In this document: piece after piece, positions 37,920-48,006 of the stretch
Numbering within the stretch: position 1 is the first letter of the stretch
How the letters are laid out: each line of letters opens with the position of its first letter
Program-made: the position numbers and the translations under genes
The notes under the pieces: model-generated
The model's database searches: none
What the model was told of the DNA's origin: nothing
The model's input: the letters and a program-made list of their open reading frames with translations, nothing else
NCBI RefSeq assembly: GCF_016432865.1
Contig: NC_067399.1
Coordinates: 407,898,001 to 407,962,000, forward strand
From: Antechinus flavipes
Lineage: Eukaryota
Direction of reading: 5' to 3'
DNA length: 64,000 nt

Positions 37920-38340
37920 ATAATAACGATAGCAACAATAACAATAAATGACATTTAGATAACACATTTAAGGTTTATAAATCACTCACTTCCTTTATCA
38001 CAACCTTATGAAGTAGGTGCTATAATTATTCCTTTTTTTTTCCTGAGGCAATTGGGGTTAAGTGACTTGCCCAGGATCACACAGGTAGGAAGTGTTAAGT
38101 GTCTGAGACCAGATTTGAATTCAGGTTCTTCTGACTTCGGGGATGGTGCTCTATCCACTGCGCCACCTAGCTGCCACCTAGCTGCCCCCTATAATTATTC
38201 CTTTTAAACAGATGAAGAAAATAGATGCTTTGAGAGGTAAGATGGATCACTTACTCATGGTCTCACAGATTTCAAGTGTTGGAGATGAGTTTTGAACTCT
38301 GTTCCTATTGATTCAGATCTATTGTTCCTTTTGCACTATT
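37920..38340 (-). mobile_element. MIR hosting a WSINE1
   Basis: acatttagataacacatttaaggttt...tcacaaccttatgaagtagg [SINE] ttttaaacagatgaagaaa...gagttttgaactctg. Confidence 0.75.
38037..38188 (-). mobile_element. WSINE1-type SINE with TSD
   Basis: Canonical body; TSD ctataattattcctttt at 38020-38036 and 38189-38205; 11-nt tandem duplication gccacctagct in the head. Confidence 0.95.
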
Positions 38341-39216
38341 TACTTGAAGTAATGACTGTTTTAGACCACGATATCTCTGTCATGTAAAGCTAACTTGGGG
38401 AGATGAAGAGCTGACAATAGTATTTTAGAAACCCCAACCCATCCAAAGACAAGCTGTATGTGTAGCTCATAGCTATTAAGGCAGAGAACACAAAGTGTGT
38501 ATTTCATTTTTGAAAAGTTGGGTGCCACTTCTGGACTCCATGCTGTTATCCCAACCAAGCCTGAAAACATATGACAATAATATGTACCATATTTTTATGA
38601 TAAACATCAGTAATCATGCTTGTCAGAGAGGCTGCAAAATGAAAAACACACAGCAGTCCCCTTTCAAAAGAAGAGAATGAACAAAGTAAAGTAGAAGAAA
38701 GTACATTTCCCCATAAGACTGGAGATTTGGGTCCCCCATATATTAGATTCTTGGAGGACAGTGAGCACAGGGGAAGGGAATAAATGGAAAGAACATTTGG
38801 AAAGACAATATCATATTGTCTCATAATTTGCAAAACAATAATGCTTTCCAAAACTGGTATGTAAAACTAACCCTTTTTTTCTGGCTGTCCCAACCACAGA
38901 TGAAGTTACTTTGCCAATTAGAACATTCTTGAGGTGTTTTCTTTTTCTTCATATGGAATTTGTTGTGATCCCATGCTTGCTATTATCCATAAATTAATTT
39001 CTGGCACTGCAGTAAATTCTAAGAAAACCAATAAAACCACAAACTTACAACTAATTCCTTCTGGTTTTTTTGTTTGTTTTATTTTGCTTTTGGATTATTT
39101 ATTTTTCTGTTTAGGGAATTTTCTTTTTGGTAAGAAAGACAACGAAGTAAAAAGTGTTTATAGTGGTGATTCACATAATTCATCTCCATTCTCCATTTTC
39201 CTATAATTGTTATTGT

Positions 39217-39325
39217 ATTGTTGTTATCATCATTTTTGAAGAGGACCAATGACATCATTGGATGATGTCTTAACTTGTGTATGAACTGGATTTGAGTGAG
39301 GTAGAGTTGTGCAAAGTAGTCAGAT
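39217..39325 (-). mobile_element. RTE-SINE 3' fragment
   Basis: ttgttgttatcatcatttttgaagaggaccaatgacatc...gaactggatttgagtgagg. Confidence 0.8.
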
Positions 39326-39799
39326 TGCTAGTGTAGTGCAACAGAGGCACATATTTCCTTTGAGGCTATGATCCTCAGAGGGAGCCTGGACTGAAATTCC
39401 CAGAAATTTAATTCCCTGTATGCTTGAGTAATTCGGCCAGCATCACCCAGCATCACGGTGATGGGGACTCTGGGAAGGAGAGGAAAAGTTAGAAGGTAGA
39501 ATCTGAATTATTGGCAGTGAATGATTGTCCCTAATAAATCAATGATTCATTCAATGAATCTAATTGTGAGATTGTAGTCATGGGTGTCTAAGAATGTAAA
39601 AATTCTGACATGAAACAAGGAGTGAAGACAGAAAGGGAGTAAGAGAGAAGGACATGCTATGTAGAGATTTAGATGAAGGGTGATTGAAGTTGACTAACTT
39701 CTAGCAAGATTACTATAAGAATTGGGACAAACTCTCTCTCTCTCCTATAATCTCCAATTCAGAATCATGAGTCATAGAGAAATTGGTGTCCCAGGATAC

Positions 39800-40080
39800 T
39801 CATGGGAGGGTTTTGACAACATAGTATTTTCACCTTTTTTGTTGTTGTTTGCTTGCTTTTTTCTTTCTTTCTCATTTTTTCCTTTTTTGATCTGATTTTT
39901 CTTGTGCAGCATGATAAATGTAGAAATGTTTAGAAGAATTACTACTGTCTAGGGGAGAGAGAATGAGGGGAGAGAGGGAAGAAAAAACTTGGAACACAAG
40001 GCTTTGCAAGGGTGAATATTGAAAACTCTCTGCATATATTTTGAAAATAAAAAGCTATTAAAGCTATAAAAAATAAAAGT
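39800..40080 (+). mobile_element. L1 3' UTR fragment
   Basis: gatctgatttttcttgtgcagcatgataaatg...ttggaacacaaggctttgcaagggtgaatattgaaaac...aaataaaaagct. Confidence 0.8.
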
Positions 40081-40340
40081 GAGTGTTGAGATTTGGCTCT
40101 TCTATTGCCTTACAATTATGTCCATATTAAATAGTCTGTATTTCAGAAGATGGTTCATAACTATTCTGTTAGTTTGGTGCTTGATTAATTTAGCTGACTT
40201 TTAGAAATTCTTTAAAAAGTTGGTAATTGGTTAAAGTGGAGGAAATAAATTATAATTATTAGTCCAAACACTCAATCTTGATAATCCATATGAATATATA
40301 ATGTATATGTATATATAAATATAAAATCACATGAATATAA

Positions 40341-40573
40341 TATGTGTAGTTATATATGAGGATCCATATGAATCCAGAATTAAGTAGCATCCTGGTTAAA
40401 ATATGGCATCATTAGCATTTGACTGAGTGTTATAAATAAAGTTCTGAATATAGAGTCAAAAAATCTTTTGGGTTCAAATCTCAATCTTGTCATTGACTGG
40501 AGCTATCTTAGCCAAATCACAACTTCTCTATGCTGAGTTTACTACTGTATATTCAAATTACTATAATATGTTT
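40341..40573 (+). repeat. Local dispersed duplication, copy A (probable donor)
   Basis: Aligns to 43054-43290 over about 233 bp and to 44945-45044 over about 100 bp. Confidence 0.95.
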
Positions 40574-40800
40574 AGTCATTCCTCAGATGGTGGGCACTCC
40601 TATAATCCCCAGTTCTCTGCTACAACAAAAAGAACCCCTATGAATATGTTTGTCTGCGTACTTTTATTCTTTATTTGATCTCTTTGGGAGGCTTAGTATT
40701 GATACTGCTAAGTCAAAGAATAGGTTCAATTTAGTAACTTTGGGGGGCAGGATTCCAAACTGCTTTGCAGAATGGCTGGGTAAATTCAATGTTTGACCAA
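40574..40800 (-). mobile_element. Old L1 ORF2 fragment
   Basis: agtcattcctcagatggtgggcactcc...gctacaacaaaaagaacccctatgaatatg...ttccaaactgctttgcagaatggctg. Confidence 0.75.
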
Positions 40801-40834
40801 AAGTAAATTACTACCAATTACTTTTTCAATTAGC

Positions 40835-41257
40835 CAGAGCTTCTTGATCTTTTTCTGTGTTATGGACCCAATGGTATGCTGGTAAATGTTTAACAACCAG
40901 CTCATAGATGAAGGAGAATAATCTGCATTATAAACATTTCCTCCAACACTTTCTTATGTCTAGATAATCAACAAAAGAATAAGTCAAACCCCAATTTGTA
41001 GCATTTCCTGACTTCTGAGGTGTAAATTCTCACACTGAAAATTTAATAATTGGCTCTTGTGAGCCTGTATGTGTTGATGATTGTCAGCATATGGATTCCT
41101 TCTTGGAATAATTATTTTAAAATGCATAATATAAGACATATAGATTATAAAGAAAAGTAATTTTATTGAAATAAAAATATGATTTTTTTCCTATTTAAAA
41201 TAATGTCCCCCTGAAATCCATCCATGGACTCCTTACATCCCATATTAAGAACCCCTG
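40835..41257. mobile_element. hAT-Charlie-type MITE containing MITE copy 3 (40869-41072)
   Basis: TIRs cagagcttcttgat / attaagaacccctg; nested ggtatgctggtaaatgtttaacaaccagctc element. Confidence 0.8.
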
Positions 41258-41454
41258 TCTAGAATATGGATATGTATGGCCATTATGCCCACTTCAAATT
41301 TCACATTCCTATATAACTAAACATTCTCATTCATTTTGGAGACTGTTGAAGCCGGCTCAGGGCTATGCTGAAACCACATTCAAATTTTGAGCCTCCCAAA
41401 TAACTTTCTAATTGTATTCAACTAATTTTCCCTGGCTGTTAGTTAATTGATCTG

Positions 41455-41630
41455 AATCTGGGATTGGAGGACCTGGAGTTGAATCAGAGAAATGCTGTAT
41501 ATTACCTGTGTGACCTTGGGCAAATTATCGACCATTCCTGTGCCTCAGTTTTTTTCTACTACAACATAAGAAAACTGCACTAGATAATTTATAAGATCTC
41601 TTTCAGCTTTAAATCCTCTGATTCTGTAGG
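41455..41630 (+). mobile_element. MIR3-type SINE
   Basis: ggaggacctggagttgaatc...acctgtgtgaccttgggcaaatt...gtgcctcagttt...agatctctttcagcttt. Confidence 0.8.
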
Positions 41631-42104
41631 CTGCTCAGATAGCAGAATTCATCAATGGCACACATTTCAGCATTATCCATGAAAGTCTCGCTCTCTCTGT
41701 GGCTATTTGAGGGTAGAGGCTAGCATGTGATCCTGACTAGCTGTTTCCCCTTTTTTCTGGTTCTACTAAAATACTCACTTGGCTCATACATATCCAGCTC
41801 ATTCCCATGATGGTGCCAAAAAGTCATCTTTTCAAGAATAGCTCTTGAGCTGAAGAGGTTTCTTTTAGGAGCAAGAATAAAGGTTAACAGCCCTTTCCTT
41901 TTTGTGCCTTTGAATGTGACCATATCAGACAGGCTAAAAGTAAAATGATATCTATCATACTTGACTCTGGGTGGGGAACTTCACCTCTGATAGCATATTG
42001 TGTCTCCCTCAAGGTTCTCTGGTTGAGGTGATGGGTAGAGTCTTAGTCTGTGGTTTCCTGTTCCATCTTTTTGGTAATAAAAGTTTAATATGCTCTGACC
42101 TTCT

Positions 42105-42340
42105 TTATTTTTTAAAATGAGCTTTTATTGATGGCATTTGCTATTTTATATAACCATAATTTTCCCTAGTATCCCTCCTATTTGTAGAGAACCCATATGA
42201 GAAATATTTTTTAAAGCCAAATCTCCTGTAAAAACAAAACCCCTCAAAACCCCAAACCCAAAAAGAGGGAAAAAATCGGTATGACTGATTAATACATAAA
42301 AACTCTGACAATGTATTTCATGTATTATCTTTGTGTACGT
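42105..42340 (-). mobile_element. Old L1 3' UTR fragment
   Basis: ttttattgatggcatttgctattttatataaccataatttcccctagtatccctcc. Confidence 0.55.
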
Positions 42341-42649
42341 CTTTCACTCTTAAGAACTGAATTGCTAACAGTTTTTCAGATTATTGGAGGTGTATGCTGC
42401 AGGAGAGCAGTCAACAGAAGATAACATCATTAATAAGCCGGGATTATCCGTTTGCTTCTTGTTCATTCGCTAAGACAAAGGAAAATGTTTATCTAGTCCA
42501 TTAGGTAACTGAAATGTGAAAATAGCTCCATTTTTCTTTGTAGGATTATACAGATTTAGAGGCTCATTTCCATTAAAATTGCTGAGTGAAAACGTCCACA
42601 TTGTGTCTTTATTATGATTGATTTATATATATCCATGTATATATAGATT

Positions 42650-42900
42650 GAAGTAGCTAGATGGCAGGAATAGTGGATAGGGTGCTGGGCTTAGAGTAAG
42701 CAAGAGCTAAGTTTGAATTCTGCCTCATATAATTCCTATGTGATATTGGGAAAATCATTGAACCTCTCTAGCCTCAATTTGCTAATTTGTAAAATGAGAA
42801 TAATTCTAATATATACTTCACAAAGTTGTTGTGAAGATCAGTTGAGACAACATACATGATGCTTTGCAAAACTTTAAACACAGTATTAATGCTAGCAAAC
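42650..42900 (+). mobile_element. MIR
   Basis: atagtggatagggtgctgggcttagag...gttgaattc-like B box...aacctctctagcctcaatttgctaatttgtaaaatgag. Confidence 0.8.
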
Positions 42901-43008
42901 ATATACAAATGTCAGGGCCTTGAATTGCATTCTTTGGACTATAAATGTTCTTGGAAATTAGAGAAAGGAAATTGGTGAAATGGAATAGAAAAGGCAGGCT
43001 TTGTAGAG

Positions 43009-43453
43009 TAATGGTGACAAAATCAAATAGAAATGGATTCCTGAAGGTATGTATATTGTGTAGTTATATATGAGAATCCATATGAATCCAGAATTAAGTG
43101 GCATCCTGATTACAACATAGCATTATTAGCATTTGACTGAGTGTTATTAAATAAAGCTCTGAATATGGAGTCAAAAAATCTTTTGGGTTCAAATTTCAAC
43201 CTTGTCATTGACTGGAGCTATCTTGGCCAAATCATTTAACTTCTCTACCCTGAGTTTACTATTGTATATTCAAATTACTATAATATGTTTTGGCTTACTT
43301 TTTGGCTAAGTAGATCATAAATTAACATTATCTATATTGTATTTTATTCATTTTGTTTAAATATTTTCCAGTCATATTTTAATCTGGTTTCTCTATGCAC
43401 TTCATAGTTTCCCAGGCCAGTTGTGCCTGTGGGCTAGGCCTTTGACATCTCTG
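43009..43453. mobile_element. hAT MITE carrying a captured local segment
   Basis: TIR-like taatggtgacaaa / tttgacatctctg; degenerate 8-bp TSD ttgtagag / atgcagag; 43054-43290 interrupts it. Confidence 0.75.
43054..43290 (+). repeat. Local dispersed duplication, copy B
   Basis: About 90% identical to 40341-40573 by eye alignment. Confidence 0.95.
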
Positions 43454-44291
43454 ATGCAGAGAAGATGGAATTAACCCTATCTTTCCACACTTCACATTTA
43501 CCATTTAATTAGTTGATTAATGCAGGTGGCTGATAGCCATTTCCCCAAATATCTTGCACAATGTTCTTTCTGCACATGGTGCTTAATAATGATTTCTTAA
43601 ACAAATGAACGGAAAAAAAAAGGAAGAGCACATGTGGCTAGCAGTTCATGGAAGCAGTGTTGTACATTCTCAGCATATGACATGTTGGAATTTCTTCTTA
43701 TAAAACATCTGTTGCTGTCTTTAATTGACTAAAGAAGGGAAGTCTCTGTTTCAACTCTACCATAAGTTTCTATTGTCTATTGTTTTTTCTGTAAGTTTCA
43801 AAGGAGTTATTTGATTTTATCAAATTTGATATGCTCTTAAAGAATTTCAAACTACAACCTAAGTTCAATTCACAATTTACTATGCCATCTTTTTTTCCTA
43901 GTTGACAAGAATAATAGACATATGTTTTATGTTTTTTATCCAATGTCAATGAAATTTTTTTTCTTGGTGATTGGAAGTTAAAAATCAAATAGGTTGATAA
44001 CTTATAACAGTTGGATATAACATTTACTATCAGTAAAAATTGCTAAATTAAGTTGGTTAGCTTTTCCTTAAGTGAAGTCTATAATTTATAAAACTAATCT
44101 TTATGTTCTCAAGTCAGGGCTGATTAAGTAATGAGTGCTAAGGTGAATGGTGATTTTATTCCATCATAGGTATACTCTTTTGTGGTTTTTACCCAATTTC
44201 ACTGAAAATATGCTTACTTGGGAAATTTTTATCAGCTAGGATAAGGGATGGCAGAGTGAACTTCAAAATGGATTTTAGTTGTAAACTTGAT

Positions 44292-44295
<4 letters not shown>

Positions 44296-44327
<32 letters not shown>

Positions 44328-44463
44328 GCTGAGGCAATTGGGGTTAAGTGACTTGCCTAAAGTCATATAGCCAGGAAGTGTTAAGTGTCTGAGACCAGAT
44401 TTGAACTCAGGTCCTTCTGACTTCAGGGCTGGTGCTCTATGCACTATGCCACCTAACTATCCC
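44296..44463 (-). mobile_element. WSINE1-type SINE
   Basis: About 30 T tail plus ggctgaggcaattggggttaagtgacttgcc...gtgttaagtgtctgagaccagatttgaactcagg; degenerate TSD tgatgttcttt / tgatattcttt. Confidence 0.95.
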
Positions 44464-44554
44464 TAGCATGATATTCTTTAGGAATGTATACACACTTACA
44501 TAGACAGGAAATCATGGGTCTAGTCCATTGATCTTGTTTTTGCTCATTTTCATT

Positions 44555-44574
44555 CTGTCTCTCTCCCTCTTTCT

Positions 44575-44626
<52 letters not shown>

Positions 44627-44667
44627 CCTCTCTGCTCCCTCCTCTCTCTCCTTCCCTCCCCCCCTCT
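44555..44667. repeat. (CT)n microsatellite / pyrimidine tract
   Basis: Direct reading of the sequence. Confidence 0.97.
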
Positions 44668-44944
44668 CACAAGATCAATGACTCTAAGGAGTAGACTTAT
44701 ACATTTCTCTTATGGAACTCCTGAATGAAAATATTTTTTGAATACAAATTGGCACTTGCTCTGAAAATTTAAGTCTTAGAGAATTTCCTGAAGCAGCCAA
44801 CAAAGGCTGGTTTTTATGTAGTCTCCAAGTTACCATTCTTAATTCCTGCACATGAAAACCAACAGCAGATCAGTTTGGATTTTAGGTCATAGTATGCTGA
44901 TCTCTGGTCTAGATCACTGAGAAATGACTTCTCTTAGATCTTTG

Positions 44945-45044
44945 TATTGTGTAGTTATGTATAAGGATCCATATGAATCCAGAGTTACGTGGCATCCTGG
45001 TTACAATATAGCATTATTAGCATTTGACTGAGTGTTATAAATAA
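44945..45044 (+). repeat. Local dispersed duplication, copy C (inside an antisense MIR)
   Basis: About 100 bp matching the 5' part of copies A and B; the flanks (gagaaatgacttctc / gtgccagag..cttgaactcagg) read as the two halves of a MIR. Confidence 0.92.
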
Positions 45045-45744
45045 TATGTGCCAGAGAAAAAGAACTTGAACTCAGGACTTTCTGATTCCGAGACTATGTC
45101 TCTACTTTGTCACATCAGTTCTCATCTGTTGTGTCACTAATATTTATGACAGTCAGTATGCTTTGATTTTGAGAAAAAATGAATAATGTTAGAGTAATTT
45201 AATAATTAATTTACAAAACAAACTATAAATTATCACATTGGTTTCTAATTCTGTTTTCCTCAGAAATTTCAGGAAAGTTTTCTATGGCAACTAAAGAGGG
45301 AGATATTCTGTTATCACACTTACATCGTTTGAAAAAAAAATTGAGAATCTTTTGGTCAATTGATTTCAATTGATCAATCTTGTGGGTTATTGTTCTATTA
45401 ATCTTTCAGCAAAGTTAGTCTAAAGACCAACCCAAACCTTTAGATCTTTAGATAAATGATAGAGTATCTAGCTGAAGCTCTCTCTGCAATTCCATTATGG
45501 AAAAAGGAAAAGTTTTCCAAGGAGATTATAATGTTGCTGGGAATTTTTTTCATCTTCTTTATAAGAAACAATATGACCACATTATCTCACAAGAAGATAG
45601 TTTTATGGTTCCTTTTTTGCATTGCTTTTTAGAATTAAAATATTCCCTAGAAAAATAATTTCTTAGAAATTTAAATTCTTAGAAATAACCACTTAATTAA
45701 CATCATCTCCCAGCTCTGCTTCTGACTTTTTGTACTCTTCCATT

Positions 45745-45895
45745 GGCCTTTTATGACTCTGGGAAAGAATAAGACTGATGACTTTCTGCAGTTCTGTCTC
45801 TCTTAAATCTGCTTTACACAGAAATCAAGATATCATCCTTTGTGGCATCATTGGTCCTCTTTGAGGAAGAAAGAACAACAACAACAACAACAAAC
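45745..45895 (+). mobile_element. RTE-SINE 3' fragment
   Basis: tcaagatatcatcctttgtggcatcattggtcctctttgagg plus (aac)n tail. Confidence 0.8.
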
Positions 45896-46049
45896 ATTTC
45901 TCTATCATCGGCAGCCTTCTTATGATGAAATATTCTTCTGCCCCTGTTACTTTTTCCTCTGATTGGTCAGTTTCTCTAAAAACTTACATTTTAAGGAATT
46001 TCCCAAGTCAGCCATACTCATTGCTTCATTCCTTCCTAGCTCCTGTTGA

Positions 46050-46250
46050 CTTTTGAATTTCTCTACCATACTCTGATATGGATACCTTTCCCCTCTTTCT
46101 CTTCTCATTTCTACCTCCTTTTAGTGTATTTTCCCCTTATTATAAACTATTTGAGAAAGGGTACTTTTTTTTGTTTGTTTCTATGTTTCCAATATTTAGC
46201 ACTGTACCTGCCACATAGCTCAATAAATGCTTGTTGACTTGACTTGATAT
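46050..46250 (+). mobile_element. L2 3' end
   Basis: ttccccttattataaactatttgagaaaggg...tttagcactgtacctgccacatagctcaataaatgcttgttgacttgacttga. Confidence 0.8.
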
Positions 46251-46974
46251 GTCATCTCCAAATTGGGGATTTCCTTTCAAAGGCTTAGGTGAAACCCAAG
46301 GCCATGTCTCCTTAATGATAGCATCATTTCAGTTTCATGAATAGAAACACACAGAGAAAGCTCTGGGAAAGCAGCCACCTTTGGCCAGGCCCCTCTATCC
46401 TAGTATTTAGTAGACAACAGTCTGGTATGGAGAATAAACCCACAATTCTGATCTCTCAGGGCTTCAGGTAAAGCAGACACCCTTAAACATGTTCTCTTCC
46501 TGCTAAATAAAGCTAATTGATTAAAAAATTTAGTAACTTGATCTTGGAATGATTGTCAAGGTTCAGGATAAGAGATTCCAGAAGTAGAAATTTTGGGTTG
46601 CCAAAGGCAGACTTTGTAGATCTGATAATCTGGTCCAGCACTTATCTTGGATAAAAGCCCGTCCTTGATTATTTGTGATTAAAGATGCTATAGTTTTTTA
46701 TGTTAAAAAAAAAAGAGAATAAACAACATCGCATTTTCCTGAAGTGATGTTTACATCCTTATTTTTTCATTTCAATAAGTGTTGATTGAGAGATCCTCTA
46801 TATTTTAATTTGGACAAATGCAAACTTTTCCTGGACTGATAGTAAGTAGTTTTCTAGATTCTAGCACCTGAAAGAAATGAGACTAATTTTTTTTAAAATT
46901 TAGGTAAGATGTGAAACTGATGGATAGTGACATGTAATAACTAATTTCAGCTTTACCCAAATAGAGGAAATTAG

Positions 46975-47195
46975 GATAGTGGATAGTGACTTGGTCTTAG
47001 AGTTAGGAAGACTTTGATTCAAGTTCTGATTCTTATACATACTGACCAATTGACCCCTCAGCAAATCAATTTACCTTTCAATTCTGTAGGTATTTTTTCA
47101 ATTGCTTCTCTGCCTTAGTAGAAAGTTTCCTCCCCATAAATTACCTCTACTAATGAAATTGTAGATTTAGATAGCAGCAACAACCCCTTTCAGAG
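46975..47195 (+). mobile_element. Marsupial CORE-SINE (similar to 4935-5115)
   Basis: ggatagtggatagtgacttggtcttagagttaggaagactttgattcaag...agtttcctcc...taatgaaattgtag. Confidence 0.55.
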
Positions 47196-47209
47196 CATCT
47201 GAAAAAGTC

Positions 47210-47991
47210 CATCAACAACCATTTACTAATGGCCTACTCTATGCCAAATTATCAAATAATCAAGTTTATTCAAGTTCTTAGTTTGTGTAGGCACTATGGT
47301 AGGTATTGGGGATACAAAAGAAAGTTGAAAATAATTAACCTATATCCACAAGCTCACTGTCCAATGAAGGAGACGACATTTAAACACTACGTACAAACAA
47401 AACGTATGTATGTATGTGAAGTGTGTATGTGTGCATGTATATGTGTGTAAAACACAATACATACATGCATGCACATAGATATATAACATACAGGGATACT
47501 GCATAGCATATACATGTATATATGTATGCATACACACATATGAGCACACGTGTATGTATTTTAAAATTTCACAGAAGTTTTGTGTAGAAGGTGAGGATTT
47601 TAATTGATATTTGAAGTAAGTCAGAAAAACTATGAGGCAGGGAGGAGGTATGCAAAACAGCCAATGAAAATACACAGATTAAGGAGATGTTTCTTGGAGG
47701 AGGGACCCTAGAGTACATGGAGAGGAGAAAAGTAAAAGATAACTGGAAAGTCAGGAAGAGACCAGATTATGAAATGTTTTTAGGAATTAATTTTAGGAAT
47801 TAAGCAGAGAATTTTTTCTACTTGATTCTAGAAGTACTGAGGAAACATTTGAGTTTATCAAATAGTGTAATGATATGGTCAGACCTATGATTTAGGAAGT
47901 TTACGTGACAGCTGAGTGGAAGATGGGCTGGAATGGGGAAAATCATGGGATAGGGAAACCAAGCAGAAATCTACTGTAATAGTCCAGATGT
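47210..47991 (-). mobile_element. L2 remnant (host of the large L1; resumes after 51740)
   Basis: caacaaccatttactaatggcc...taggcactatggtaggtattggggatacaaaag; atggtcagacctatgatttaggaag...gacagctgagtggaagatgg; includes a TA/CA-rich simple repeat at 47400-47560. Confidence 0.8.
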
Positions 47992-48006
47992 GAAATTATA
48001 TGGATC

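Noticed and set aside
40341-45044. CRISPR-like or satellite interpretation of the three-copy repeat
   Set aside because: The genome is eukaryotic, the units are 100-235 bp with kb-scale irregular spacing, and there is no cas-like gene.
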